This document shows, piece after piece, positions 9,554 to 20,009 of a DNA stretch of 64,000 bases (positions are counted from its first letter, which is position 1; every line of letters starts with the position of its first letter). The stretch is taken from positions 2,502 through 66,501 of the forward strand of contig JAITOU010000042.1 in NCBI GenBank assembly GCA_031289755.1, read 5' to 3'. The stretch is from Clostridiales bacterium (GTDB lineage Bacteria > Bacillota > Clostridia > Christensenellales > JAISNN01). The notes beneath the pieces were generated by a model. That model had not been told where the DNA came from. It worked only from the letters and a program-made list of their open reading frames with translations, and did not search any database. The position numbers were made by a program, and so were the translations under genes.

Positions 9554-12500
9554 ATGAAAAAAAGACTTTTCGTCGCGGCGGCGATAATTGCCGTTGTATC
9601 TCTCTTTGTCCTTTCTTCTTGTGAATGGAAAAAAAAGGAGGAAACGTATTCCGTTACCTTCGTCTTTGACAACGGTCAAGCTCCCGTCGTTTCTTCCGTC
9701 AAAAAGGGTACGGTCATTTCGCTTCCGCCCGACCCGATAAAGGGCGGTTATGTGTTTAGCGCGTGGTACTTAAACGAAAATTTCAGCGAAAAATTTTATG
9801 CCGGAACAAAAGCAGAGTCCGACATGACCTTATATGCCGGATATGTCAAGATATACACTATTACGGGGAATATTTACGATTATTATTCTGGCGCGCAGGC
9901 GGATGCCGTAGGCAAAATCAACGGCTTGGGCGTCTATACAAGCGGCGCGAGAGCCGCGCTTTCGGTAGAGGTGTATGAAGGCTATGTTTTTGCGAGCTGG
10001 TACGCAGACGGCGTGATTTATTCGGGGTCAAGCAATATCTTGGTCGAGGTCAAGGGCGATACCGTTTATGACGTCAAGGTCAAAAAGGGGCTTTATCTGC
10101 GCGCCGGTTACGGCGGCGGTCCTGTCGGCGGCACGATAACTATAAACGGTCAGGAAAGAGAAAAAATTGTCATTGACGGAGAAGAATATTTTTCGTTTAC
10201 GGGCTTGTCGGGAGATAAAGTGACGATTGCCGCGACGCTCGACAGGGGATATACCTTTGACGGTTGGTATTATCCGAACGGCACGCTTTTTAGCACGGCA
10301 CTTTCGACGGAGATTGATTTATTTGGCGATAACGTCGCTCTGTATGCGCGGTATTCTTATGTGGAATACGGCGTGACGGTATCGGTGAGCGATGCCCTTA
10401 CGGGCACGGCTTGGATATCGCCGGACAAGGTCTCTTATCATATTGACGAGATTATTACGCTCCATGCAAGCCCGTCGGTCAGCTATATCGTCGAAGGCGT
10501 GTATCTCAGGATTGACGGCGTATACGAATTTATTTCGTCGTCGGCGGCAACGGCTATTACTATCGAAGAGCTTGTCATCATAACGGACGGCGATTTGAAT
10601 TTCTTGTTCAGAGCTGATTTTATCTATGCGGACAGCTCGCCCGACCATTACGCGTATACGGTTTTGCCGGGAAGTAAGGTCAGAATCACGGGGATAAATA
10701 TCCCGTTTGTATCGGGCAACGTCTTTGTCCCGGCGTATATAGCCGATATGCCCGTGACGTCTATTTCTGCGTCGGCTTTCGCCGGACAAAGCACGGTAAC
10801 AAAGCTCAGCTTGCCTGTGACGCTCACGGCTTTTAGCGGAGCGGTGAATCCCTTCTTGTCGTGCGAAAACCTTACGGCGATAACCGTAAGCCCCGAAAAT
10901 ACGGCTTTTTCGAGCGACAACGGTATCTTGTACGACAAAAATAAAACCAAGCTTATTTGTTATCCGCGTGCCAAAGCCGATACGGAGTTTGTCGTGCCGG
11001 GTACGGTAAGCAGGATAGAGATTTCGGCATTCGAGAGTCAAAAATATCTGACAAAGCTGTCGTCCGGCGGTGTGAGCTATATCGCTTCCTTTGCTTTTAG
11101 GAACGCTTTGCTCTTGGAAGAGATTGTAATAACTTCCGCCCCGTCGTCCTTTGCCGTCGAATCCTTCGCCTTTATCGATTGCAAAAATCTGACGAAGGTA
11201 GACGTTTTGCTGGCGGCGTTGCCGTCCGGCGCATCCGCCGTCATGTCGTGGGCGTTTTCGGGCTGCAAAAAGCTGTCGGACGTCACGTTGAGCGGCGTCA
11301 AAACCTTGAACGAAGAGATATTTTCGGGCTGTACGGCATTGACGTCCTTTAATCTTTCCGCATCGGTCAGAACGCTCACAGGCGACGTCTTCGGCGCGTC
11401 CGAGATAGCCGCTTTGTCGGCGGACACCGTATCGGTGTATTTTAAGGGAGTAGACGGAGTCTTGTACGACAAATTAAACGGCAAGCTCATACGCTGTCCG
11501 GAGAAAAAGAGCGGAGTTGTCTATGCAGACTCTTCTGCGACGGCGGTAGCGGAATACGCTTTCAAAAATTGTACGGCGGTTACGGCGGTCTATCTGCAAA
11601 ACGGCGTTTCGGAAATATCGACGGGCGCATTTTATAACGCTGCGGCACTCGATACCTTTTATATGGGCAGCGGAGTCACTTATATAGCCGACTACGCCTT
11701 TTACGGCTGTACCGCGCTTGCGGCTCTCTCGCTGTCGGACGGAGTCGTCGGTATCGGAGAGTTTGCCTTTGGGTATTGCGAAGGTCTTATATCTATTTAT
11801 CTCGGAACGAGTCTTGTCGAAACAAAATCGTCGTCCTTTTATAATTGTTCTTCACTGATATCTATAAGCTTTCCGTCGACGATATCGGAGATAGGAGATA
11901 AGTACAACGGCTTAGACGGCGAATTGGCGGTGTTTTTAAATTGTTCAAGCCTGACCGAGATTTTGGTCGCGCCGGGTGCGGCGCGTTACAGCTCTAAGGA
12001 CGGCATTTTGTACAAGGGCGACGACCTTGATAAGTCGGAGCTGATTATCCGTTGCCCGGAAGCCAAAACGGGCGTAGTTTGGGTGACCGCACCGGAGCTT
12101 GCAAAAATCGCTAATTACGCCTTTTATCAAAGCAGTGTCACAAACGTCAATTTCAATTTTTCGTTCGAGGTCGGTATAAATATCAAGATAGAAACAATAG
12201 GCAATCAAGCCTTTGCTTACAGCAAAAATCTTATCTCTATCGCAATGCCGTTTAAAATCAAGCTGATTGGCGACGAAGCTTTTTATAATTGCGCCGTTCT
12301 CGCATCCGTGACCTTGTCGGCTAATTTGACGACGATAGGTAATTACGCTTTTGCAGGCTGCGCTTTTTCGGAGATAACTATCACGGAAAGCGTTAGCAAG
12401 ATATACGCCTTTGCCTTTATGGACAATCCTAAGCTCAAAGTCGTCAAGCTCCTGCCGTTAACGGCTCCGTCCGTTGCCACCTGGGGCAATACGGGGTGGC

Positions 12501-12658
12501 TAATCGACAACGGAAAAGGCTATCTCTTTGACGGACATAATGCCGATTTTAACATTTACGTCAGAAAAAATACCGGCGGTTCGTCGAATATAAGCTCATA
12601 CACGTCACGCGCCGGCTGGAGCGAGTATAAGACTTACTTCCATGATTTGATTGAATGA
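9554..12658 (+). CDS. Surface lipoprotein with Listeria/Bacteroides-type B-repeats and BspA-type leucine-rich repeats
   Basis: RBS AAGGGGG lies 6 nt before the ATG at 9554. Lipobox LSSC. GYVFSAWY, GYVFASWY and GYTFDGWYY repeats, then many I(x)xxAFxxCxxLxxI LRR_5-like units. Confidence 0.8.
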   Translation: MKKRLFVAAAIIAVVSLFVLSSCEWKKKEETYSVTFVFDNGQAPVVSSVKKGTVISLPPDPIKGGYVFSAWYLNENFSEKFYAGTKAESDMTLYAGYVKIYTITGNIYDYYSGAQADAVGKINGLGVYTSGARAALSVEVYEGYVFASWYADGVIYSGSSNILVEVKGDTVYDVKVKKGLYLRAGYGGGPVGGTITINGQEREKIVIDGEEYFSFTGLSGDKVTIAATLDRGYTFDGWYYPNGTLFSTALSTEIDLFGDNVALYARYSYVEYGVTVSVSDALTGTAWISPDKVSYHIDEIITLHASPSVSYIVEGVYLRIDGVYEFISSSAATAITIEELVIITDGDLNFLFRADFIYADSSPDHYAYTVLPGSKVRITGINIPFVSGNVFVPAYIADMPVTSISASAFAGQSTVTKLSLPVTLTAFSGAVNPFLSCENLTAITVSPENTAFSSDNGILYDKNKTKLICYPRAKADTEFVVPGTVSRIEISAFESQKYLTKLSSGGVSYIASFAFRNALLLEEIVITSAPSSFAVESFAFIDCKNLTKVDVLLAALPSGASAVMSWAFSGCKKLSDVTLSGVKTLNEEIFSGCTALTSFNLSASVRTLTGDVFGASEIAALSADTVSVYFKGVDGVLYDKLNGKLIRCPEKKSGVVYADSSATAVAEYAFKNCTAVTAVYLQNGVSEISTGAFYNAAALDTFYMGSGVTYIADYAFYGCTALAALSLSDGVVGIGEFAFGYCEGLISIYLGTSLVETKSSSFYNCSSLISISFPSTISEIGDKYNGLDGELAVFLNCSSLTEILVAPGAARYSSKDGILYKGDDLDKSELIIRCPEAKTGVVWVTAPELAKIANYAFYQSSVTNVNFNFSFEVGINIKIETIGNQAFAYSKNLISIAMPFKIKLIGDEAFYNCAVLASVTLSANLTTIGNYAFAGCAFSEITITESVSKIYAFAFMDNPKLKVVKLLPLTAPSVATWGNTGWLIDNGKGYLFDGHNADFNIYVRKNTGGSSNISSYTSRAGWSEYKTYFHDLIE

Positions 12659-12745
12659 TGAGAAGAAGGTTTATTTAAATCCGAACGATGTTATTTAATA
12701 GGCGATTACTTAACAATAAATTAAAAAGAATGCAGCATAATATAA

Positions 12746-12782
12746 TAGACTTATCCTAAAACCTAAACGCCGAACAAAATTC
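12746..12782 (-). mobile_element. Solo terminal fragment of the TA-flanked hairpin (MITE-like) element
   Basis: tagacttatcctaaaacctaaacgccgaacaaaattc matches the reverse complement of the right end of the 27322-27484 copy at about 34 of 37 positions by hand alignment. Confidence 0.6.
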
Positions 12783-12811
12783 AATAATATTAAAAAAGGA
12801 ATGTATCGTAT

Positions 12812-14545
12812 ATGCAATTTGATAAAGCTACCGATATGTCGATGTACGACTATATAACCGACAACAAAGAAAGCCGTAATTGGCAGGAAATTATTTATTT
12901 CGATAACAAAATCAAATACAAGGATTTTATCGCTCTCGTCGATAAGCTGGCGTATTTTTTTCAGAGCAAAGGATATAAGCCCGGCGACAACGTAGCCGTT
13001 TGCCTGCCGAATATCCCACAGGCGGTCATAACTATCTACGCTTTGAACAAATGCGGTATAACGGCGAACATGATACATCCGCTGATGAAGGACAACGGTT
13101 TTTTGAATATCATCAAAAGGACGAATCCGAAGATGCTCTTTGTCTCCGACGCGCTCTATAATAATTATAAAAATGTCCTAAAAACCGCCGCCGTTGAGAC
13201 GGTGGTATGCAAAACGGCGAATTACGCGCCTATTTATGCCAAGCCCGTTATAGCTCACAAGCTCAAAAAAGCCGGAATAAACGTAGTCTACGGCGGCAAT
13301 ATCTTAAAATTTTCCGACTTAATCAAAGAGTCGGGCGAAATCGTCTATAAACCGACCGGTAAGGACACGGCTTTTTATCTGCATAGCGGCGGAACAACGG
13401 GCGAACCGAAAACGGTAGTGCTGTCTAATTATGCGCTGAATAAATATGCACAAACCGCCATAGACAGCTATTTGGAGTCGGTTGACAAACGCGCCGCAAA
13501 AAATCCGGAAATAAAGGATAAAATAACTCCCGAAAGATACGGACCGGGCTTTGTAAAAGGAATCATGTTAATGGTTATGCCGCTTTTTCACGGTTTCGGG
13601 CTTGGTTTTTGTATGCACATGGCGATAAGAGTAGGCGGCAGTATCGTAATGATTCCGAAATTTGACGCCGCTCCCGTAGCTAAAACTCTTAAAAAACACA
13701 ACGTGAATTTTGTCGTCGGCGTGCCGTCTATGTTTGACAAGCTTTTAAAGCAAAAAGACTTTAAGGAAGCGGATTTTTCGGGATATAAACTCATCGCGAC
13801 GGGCGGAGATTCTATCAATCCCGAGAAAAAAGCCGAGATAAACGAGGTGTTAAGGGTAGGCGGTTCGGGCGTCAGAATCGGAGAGTCTTACGGTTTGACC
13901 GAAACCGTTACCACCTTAGCTGTTGATTTTGACGGCAAGGAAAAGCCGCATAATCTCGGACCGCTTATGAAAGGGGTCAAAATAAAAGTAGTAAACGACG
14001 ATATGCAAGAGCTGAAAACCGGAGAAGCCGGAGAGCTTTGGGTTTCTTGTCCTTATATTATGGACGGATACTATGACGACCCAAAAGCAACTGCCGCAAC
14101 GCTTTATACGGATAAAAACGGTGAAACATGGGTCAAAACAGGCGATATCGGTTTTTTTGACGAAAACGGCGATATATATATGAAAGGCAGGAAAAAACGG
14201 ATAATAATAATATCGGGGTTAAACGTTTATCCCGTTGAGATAGAAACATTGGTTTACAGCATAAAAGAAATCAGGCTTTGCTGCGCTATCGAGAGTAAGA
14301 ACCGAAGCGGAAATACAGTCGTCAAGCTGTGCGTCGTACCCGAAGACGGATATGTCTTAGACGATGCTTTAAAGGCAAAGATAACGGCATTGTGTCGGGA
14401 AAATCTCATAACCTATGCCGTGCCGAAGGAGATAATAGCAAAAGACGACCTTCCTTTGACGCTCATCGGTAAGGTCGATTACAGAAAGTGTCAGGCGGAA
14501 GAGAACAATACGCCGGAAGAAGTCAAGCCGGAGCAAAATATATAA
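12812..14545 (+). CDS. AMP-dependent synthetase/ligase (acyl-CoA ligase-like adenylate-forming enzyme)
   Basis: Motifs YLHSGGTTGEPK, GESYGLTE and TGDIGFFDENGDIYMKGRKK. Confidence 0.85.
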   Translation: MQFDKATDMSMYDYITDNKESRNWQEIIYFDNKIKYKDFIALVDKLAYFFQSKGYKPGDNVAVCLPNIPQAVITIYALNKCGITANMIHPLMKDNGFLNIIKRTNPKMLFVSDALYNNYKNVLKTAAVETVVCKTANYAPIYAKPVIAHKLKKAGINVVYGGNILKFSDLIKESGEIVYKPTGKDTAFYLHSGGTTGEPKTVVLSNYALNKYAQTAIDSYLESVDKRAAKNPEIKDKITPERYGPGFVKGIMLMVMPLFHGFGLGFCMHMAIRVGGSIVMIPKFDAAPVAKTLKKHNVNFVVGVPSMFDKLLKQKDFKEADFSGYKLIATGGDSINPEKKAEINEVLRVGGSGVRIGESYGLTETVTTLAVDFDGKEKPHNLGPLMKGVKIKVVNDDMQELKTGEAGELWVSCPYIMDGYYDDPKATAATLYTDKNGETWVKTGDIGFFDENGDIYMKGRKKRIIIISGLNVYPVEIETLVYSIKEIRLCCAIESKNRSGNTVVKLCVVPEDGYVLDDALKAKITALCRENLITYAVPKEIIAKDDLPLTLIGKVDYRKCQAEENNTPEEVKPEQNI

Positions 14546-14623
14546 TGATTGCAGTACTTATGTAAAGTCTAAATCTTGACATTTTGGCTTTACAGAGTAG
14601 AGGTTCAAAAAAAGGGAAGCTTT

Positions 14624-16249
14624 ATGACGGCGCATATGTCGATGTACGAATTTTTAACGGGAGAAAGGCAGGACCGAGATTGGGACGCGATAGTGTATTT
14701 TAACAAGCGGCTCAATTATGGACGCTTTATAGACGGGATAGACAATCTGGCGTTTTTTTTGCACAAAAAAAACATCGGCAAGGGCGACAACGTCGCTATT
14801 TGTCTGCCGAATATTCCGCATGCCGCCGTAGCTTTTTATGCCGTCAACAAGTGCGGAGCGGTGGGCAACGTCATTCACCCTATGATAAGCGAATACGGTT
14901 TATTGAATATCATAAAAAACACGCGTCCGAAAATCATTTTTCTCGCCGACATCTTTTATGAAAAGTACAAAGCCGTCCTGTCGGATATAGACATAACAGT
15001 CATCATATGCCCTATGGGTTATTATGCGTCGGCGATAATCCGCATCGGCATAAAATACAAGTCTGCAAAAGAAAAAGTGCCTGTAATCATATACAGTGAT
15101 AAGGTAATAAGATTTGCCAAAACCTTGAGAAAAAAAGGCGAAGTCAAGATATCTACCGGCGGACGCGACATCGCGGCATATTTGCACAGCGGCGGAACGA
15201 CGGGGGAAGCCAAGACGATCGTTCTCACAAATTACGCCATAAACGCAGTGGCTATCAACGCCCTGCAAACCTTCGATACCCGAATAGACAACGACGTGGC
15301 ATTTATGGTGCTGCCGCTGTTTCACGGCTACGGCTTGGGTATCAATATGCACGCTTTCCTTAGCTTCGGCTGCCGTCTTGTCATGGTGCCTAAGTTTACG
15401 GCAAAAAGCGCGGTAAAAATCATCAAAAAGGAAGGCGTCACGATAATGACGGGCGTTCCGTCTATGTATGAGAAGCTCTACAATTCAAAGGCTTTTCGGC
15501 GCGTCAATTGCAAAAACTTTCACCTTTTGATATGCGGCGGCGACAATTTGAGCGCGGCTCTCAGAGAAAATTTTGACAAGCAAATTCAGTCACGCGGAGC
15601 AAAGGTCAGGCTTGTGGAAGGCTACGGACTCACGGAGGTCGTCGCCGTCGCCGCCGTCAATACCGACAAGCATTACAGCGTCGGGTCTGTCGGAAAGGCG
15701 ATAAAGGGCGTACAAATCAAGATTATCGACGAAAATCTCGCCGAGCGTCCGTGCGGCGAATACGGAGAAATACTTATCGCCAGCCAGAGCCTTATGGAAG
15801 GATATTATAAGGACGAAAGAACGACAAAGGAAGCCGTTATCACCGACGAAAACGGCAAAAGGTGGCTCAAAACCGGCGATTGCGGCTATATGGACGAGGA
15901 CGGCTATGTGTTTTTTAAGGACAGAATAAAACGCCTAATCATCATATCGGGCGTCAATGTCTTTCCGTCCGAAATAGAAGACGTCGTTTCGCTCATGCCG
16001 GAGATAAAGATGTGCTGCGCCGTCGAAGGACGCAGCAAAGAAAACAAAATTATTATCAAGCTCTTTGTCGTACTCAACGACGAATACAAATACAATCTCA
16101 CATTAGAGAATAAAATAATACAGACCTGCAAGGACAACCTTATAAAATTTGCCATACCCGGCAAGGTCATATCCAAGCCGTCCTTGCCCGTGACCCAAGT
16201 CGGCAAGGTCAATTACCGCATGGTCATGACTATGGACGACCAAGAATAA
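14624..16249 (+). CDS. AMP-dependent synthetase/ligase, tandem paralog
   Basis: Motifs YLHSGGTTGEAK, VEGYGLTE and TGDCGYMDEDGYVFFKDRIKR. ATG at 14624 follows AAGGGAAG; the upstream extension of the ORF track is unlikely. Confidence 0.85.
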   Translation: MTAHMSMYEFLTGERQDRDWDAIVYFNKRLNYGRFIDGIDNLAFFLHKKNIGKGDNVAICLPNIPHAAVAFYAVNKCGAVGNVIHPMISEYGLLNIIKNTRPKIIFLADIFYEKYKAVLSDIDITVIICPMGYYASAIIRIGIKYKSAKEKVPVIIYSDKVIRFAKTLRKKGEVKISTGGRDIAAYLHSGGTTGEAKTIVLTNYAINAVAINALQTFDTRIDNDVAFMVLPLFHGYGLGINMHAFLSFGCRLVMVPKFTAKSAVKIIKKEGVTIMTGVPSMYEKLYNSKAFRRVNCKNFHLLICGGDNLSAALRENFDKQIQSRGAKVRLVEGYGLTEVVAVAAVNTDKHYSVGSVGKAIKGVQIKIIDENLAERPCGEYGEILIASQSLMEGYYKDERTTKEAVITDENGKRWLKTGDCGYMDEDGYVFFKDRIKRLIIISGVNVFPSEIEDVVSLMPEIKMCCAVEGRSKENKIIIKLFVVLNDEYKYNLTLENKIIQTCKDNLIKFAIPGKVISKPSLPVTQVGKVNYRMVMTMDDQE

Positions 16250-16278
16250 ACGCGAAAGCGTTTTTTTTGTGACGGATA

Positions 16279-16322
16279 AAAAAAGCGTTAGCTCGGTAAA
16301 CGGCTAACGCTTTGTTTTTTTA
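16279..16322. terminator. Bidirectional terminator between convergent genes
   Basis: aaagcgttagc-N10-gctaacgcttt flanked by an A-run and a T-run. Confidence 0.75.
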
Positions 16323-16358
16323 TTGTTTTTTAAAAAAAAGACGTCTATTAGCGCAAGG

Positions 16359-17201
16359 CTAAATATTCAAGACCCTGTCTAATTTTGATGCGGCGTCTTT
16401 TTTGAAGGTTTCGATTTTGCTTAGGGCAAAATCTATTATGTCGGCTTTGTCGTCGGTGATGAGCGGTGTAAGGTCGAGAGCGTAGGTTATGCTTTTGGCG
16501 GTGTCTATGCTGTGCGATTCGGAATAGGTGGCGTTGGCAAGGCGGCGTCCTTGCGTGGCAAGGTCGTAGCGTTTGCCGCCGGTTATCTGGCTGTCAAAGA
16601 CGCCGAGCAGAGCGGCGAGCATATTTTCGTTGGAACTCAAATCGAATGCGGCTTTTTCGGAGTCGCTTAGCCAATCCAAGCCGCGCCAAACTTCGCAGCC
16701 GTACATTTTTTGCGGTCTGTCTTTTTTTGGCAGCCGTCTGACTGCCTTTACGGCTTTTGTCACGACGCCGAGATGAGTGTCGTGCTTGTCGAGAAGATTG
16801 TGGGTATATACGGCATAAGGCTTATGCTTCTTTAAAATCTTTACATAGTCTTCGGTAATGGCAATATTGTTGGGCGATTTGACGGCGGAGCTTTGGTAAT
16901 TGAGAAGATACAGGGTCTCGTATTCGCCGACGACGGCGGCTTTTTTTTGTTCGACGCGCCGGATTTTCATCATGTCGGCGTCGGAGAAATTTTTGTAAAT
17001 GCCGTCGCGTGCGCTTCCCGCTCCGTCGGTCGTCACTACGGCGACAAAACTGCCGTTCTTGTCGTTAAAGGCTTTTAAAATGCCGTCTGCCGCCATTATT
17101 TCGATGTCGTCCTGATGAGCGGCGAGCGCAAGGTATACTGTCGCGCCTTTTTTTGCGTTGTCGGGAATGTAAACTTCCGCCAAATGATTGTTGAATGTCA
17201 T
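16359..17201 (-). CDS. PIG-L/LmbE-family deacetylase
   Basis: AAHQDDIEI (a variant of AHPDDE) near the N-terminus and a later HxxH (HDTH). Confidence 0.6.
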   Translation of the reverse strand: MTFNNHLAEVYIPDNAKKGATVYLALAAHQDDIEIMAADGILKAFNDKNGSFVAVVTTDGAGSARDGIYKNFSDADMMKIRRVEQKKAAVVGEYETLYLLNYQSSAVKSPNNIAITEDYVKILKKHKPYAVYTHNLLDKHDTHLGVVTKAVKAVRRLPKKDRPQKMYGCEVWRGLDWLSDSEKAAFDLSSNENMLAALLGVFDSQITGGKRYDLATQGRRLANATYSESHSIDTAKSITYALDLTPLITDDKADIIDFALSKIETFKKDAASKLDRVLNI

Positions 17202-17377
17202 ATATTTCTCCTTTATTTTAACTTAGGGCAAAGCCGTTATTTCAAAAAGATTATTTATGTTGCCGCTTGTATTGATATTGTACCGCCGCCGATATACATG
17301 AAGACAAAAAACAGCGGTTAGGAGTTTTATGCAATACCACAAAATTGCGGCACACAGCTTTTTTTCATCGGGTCGCT

Positions 17378-18721
17378 TTAAAGCTTTGGCAGAGATGCCG
17401 CCGCGATTGATTGACCGACACGGCGGCTGTTTTCGTCGGGAAGCTCGATTGATATTCGGCTGCCGTATTTTGAGAGAATTTCTTCGGCTTTGGCTTTGAT
17501 TACGCCGCCGCCTATTCCGCTCGAAACGCGCCCCAAAAGCAGAACGTGTTTTATATCGTAAAAAAGGCTGTACCACATTATCGAGTAACCGAAGTATATT
17601 CCGATGTCGGAATAAATTTTTTCGATTGCCGGATTTGAATTATAAGCATTTTGAATATATTTGAGCTTGTCGTGGGGCGAAAGCTTTTCGTTGAGCTTGA
17701 TGCCCGCCATTTCCGCAAGCTTGATGACGGAATCCTGAGAAAAATATTTGACGCCGCAGCCCTTGTCGCCGCTCCATTCGTCAACCGCGCTTTCTTTTTG
17801 CATATCGACGGGAACAAACGCCAATTCGTTGAGCCAGCCCCTGATGTTTCCCGACGCGTCTATATATCCGCCCGCTTGACTCGTTCCCATAGCGATACCG
17901 AGTACGCGGTTGTCGTTTAAGTCTATCGCTCCGGCGAGTGCCGTGACGTCGCCGTCGTTGGCTACTTCGATTTTTGTATTAAATTCCTTTGCGATGTCGA
18001 GATAAATGTTTTTGATGTGCTTTTCAAAATCGCCGTCCGGCACTTTGATAAAAAGCGATGCCGCCATAGCGCGGTTGTTGACGTATACTCCGGCGGAGCT
18101 GACGCCTATGCCGTCGATACGGGGCAGGTAAGAGGCGGCTTTTTTGATAGAATCGTATATGCCGTCATAATGATAACGGTAATCGGAATTTAACTTGGGA
18201 TGCCACACGGTTTCTTCGGAAAAAACGACGTTGCCGTTGATGACGGCGGACACCTTTCGGTCGCTTCCGCCGGCGTCGAAGCCTATTCGGCAGCCGTTGT
18301 AACTGCCGCCGAGCGATATGCCGCTCTCGTTCTTTTCGGGCATATCGTTAGCCGTTCTGTATTCCGTCGAAAAAGGATTTTCGTATATTTTTTCCATAAA
18401 TTTGACGTCAAAGGCACGGTTGCCGGAGTCTTTGAAGGCTTTGGATATTTTGGAAAAAAGCTTTGCCGGAGCGTGGATATAGAGCTTGTAGCCGCCGACG
18501 ACCCAAAGCAGAGTCTTGATAAGCCGTTCGGCAAAGATTGAGTTTTCGATGTCGTGTACGCCGTCCTCGAAGACTTCGGTGTCAAAACGGTAAATGAGCG
18601 AATCATTCCGCATAAGTCCGATGAGAAGGGGAGCGGATTGCCGGGATTTTTTGACTCTCGCCTGAAAGTCGGTGTAATAGTCGTATATAGGATAAAAGTT
18701 TTTGTCTACGGAACAAAGCAT
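17378..18721 (-). CDS. ROK/ASKHA-fold sugar kinase-like protein with an N-terminal extension
   Basis: GFDAGGSDRK (phosphate-1), ANDGDVTALAG and GIAMGTSQAGGY motifs. Confidence 0.55.
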   Translation of the reverse strand: MLCSVDKNFYPIYDYYTDFQARVKKSRQSAPLLIGLMRNDSLIYRFDTEVFEDGVHDIENSIFAERLIKTLLWVVGGYKLYIHAPAKLFSKISKAFKDSGNRAFDVKFMEKIYENPFSTEYRTANDMPEKNESGISLGGSYNGCRIGFDAGGSDRKVSAVINGNVVFSEETVWHPKLNSDYRYHYDGIYDSIKKAASYLPRIDGIGVSSAGVYVNNRAMAASLFIKVPDGDFEKHIKNIYLDIAKEFNTKIEVANDGDVTALAGAIDLNDNRVLGIAMGTSQAGGYIDASGNIRGWLNELAFVPVDMQKESAVDEWSGDKGCGVKYFSQDSVIKLAEMAGIKLNEKLSPHDKLKYIQNAYNSNPAIEKIYSDIGIYFGYSIMWYSLFYDIKHVLLLGRVSSGIGGGVIKAKAEEILSKYGSRISIELPDENSRRVGQSIAAASLPKL

Positions 18722-18865
18722 TGCTGATACTCCTTGAAATGTTTTAGAATGGTTTTGAATTGTATGCGCCTTAGCGGAGAGTTTTTGATAATCTCGTTAT
18801 TATCCGTATTTTGGATAATTTTTAAGGCTTGTTTAAAATTATAAACCTTAGCGGAAGATTGAGTT

Positions 18866-19795
18866 TTATCCGAAGAAAGCGTCTAAGGTTTGTTTGTCAA
18901 AGGCTTCGGCGAAAATGCCTGTGTCGGCAAAGAGCGAAAATTCTTCGGTATGGGTTACCTGCGTTCCCGGCTCGACGGCGAATAGGGGACTTAACGTCTC
19001 TATCTCCAAAATCAGATTACTCGTGTAGGTCTCAAAATTGCAGTTATTGTCGGGATAGACCGCGCCGTTTATGTAGCCGAATTTTTTGACAAAAAGCAAG
19101 CCGTCCGTAAGGTATGCCGCCGCTCCCTTTTTATTCAAAAGACCGAGCTTAAAGGGACGCGCCGCCGACGGGTCTTGCTTCAAAAATAAATATCCGTCCA
19201 AAGCCGTCAGCCGCTTGTCGTTGACATCGTTGTAAGCCCAATAAGCAAAGAAATTATTCGGCAAAAAACCCGTGTCGGCGGTATTTAGCGGAATGATTTC
19301 AGTGCCGCCGTCCTTCATGACCGTTATAGACCAGACCGAAATATTCGCCGTATATTTACCCGCGTTTTTGACGGCGTGGACGACGGTCAAGCCGCCGCCG
19401 TCTTTCATGGTGACCTTCATAGAAAAAATCAGCTTTGTATTCGGCTGTAATTTTTGAGTAAACTCCGCACCGTCTTTAAAGGGTGCGTACTCTACCGGAT
19501 AATTGTCCGGCACATACGAAGCGTCGTCCTCCGGCGATTTCCACATTCTGTGACCGCCGTATATATGCCACGCTTCGCCCTTTTTGAAGTTTTTATCAAA
19601 ATATTCGCCGCCGTTTGTCACAAGCCCGTCGGTATCTTCAAAAAAAACATTGCGTTCGTCCGTTCCGTAATAAATAATGCGCGGCCCGACGTCGAGTGTT
19701 ATGAGAGCTTTTGTCCGTCCGTCGGTAAGCTCGGCGCATTTGCCGAAGCTTTTGTATTGACAAAGTTTTTGGGTAATCATATATTTTTCCGCCAA
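18866..19795 (-). CDS. Hypothetical protein, possibly an aldose-epimerase-like/DUF4380-type sugar-binding fold
   Basis: Long ORF co-directional and tightly spaced with the kinase and deacetylase genes. GPRIIYYG...YGGHRMWKSPED...PDNYPV pattern. Function call is weak. Confidence 0.35.
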   Translation of the reverse strand: MAEKYMITQKLCQYKSFGKCAELTDGRTKALITLDVGPRIIYYGTDERNVFFEDTDGLVTNGGEYFDKNFKKGEAWHIYGGHRMWKSPEDDASYVPDNYPVEYAPFKDGAEFTQKLQPNTKLIFSMKVTMKDGGGLTVVHAVKNAGKYTANISVWSITVMKDGGTEIIPLNTADTGFLPNNFFAYWAYNDVNDKRLTALDGYLFLKQDPSAARPFKLGLLNKKGAAAYLTDGLLFVKKFGYINGAVYPDNNCNFETYTSNLILEIETLSPLFAVEPGTQVTHTEEFSLFADTGIFAEAFDKQTLDAFFG

Positions 19796-19942
19796 ATGTA
19801 GATTTTACAGAATAGTAGGTGAAAATAAAAAAGATAAGAATTATCGGAGTTATCGGCTTCCGTCCCGTCTTTTTAACATCTTCCGAATACATTATAACAT
19901 AATAGCCGAATGTTTTCAAGCAAATTATCTCCGTTTTTAAAG

Positions 19943-19989
19943 CCTGCGCCGCATTCGTAATAATTACAAATGCGGCGCAGGTTTTTTTT
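19943..19989. terminator. Long GC hairpin between the collagen-like gene and the sugar operon
   Basis: cctgcgccgcatt-N13-aatgcggcgcagg, with T8 on the + strand and TTT on the - strand. Confidence 0.55.
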
Positions 19990-20009
19990 GTTAGACTATC
20001 CTTTGTCTT

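Noticed and set aside
9629-9636. A8 homopolymer just after the lipobox of the LRR lipoprotein as a phase-variation tract.
   Set aside because: Similar A7-A8 runs occur in housekeeping genes here, for example in mfd around 42690. The tract is short for efficient slippage, so there is no supporting evidence.
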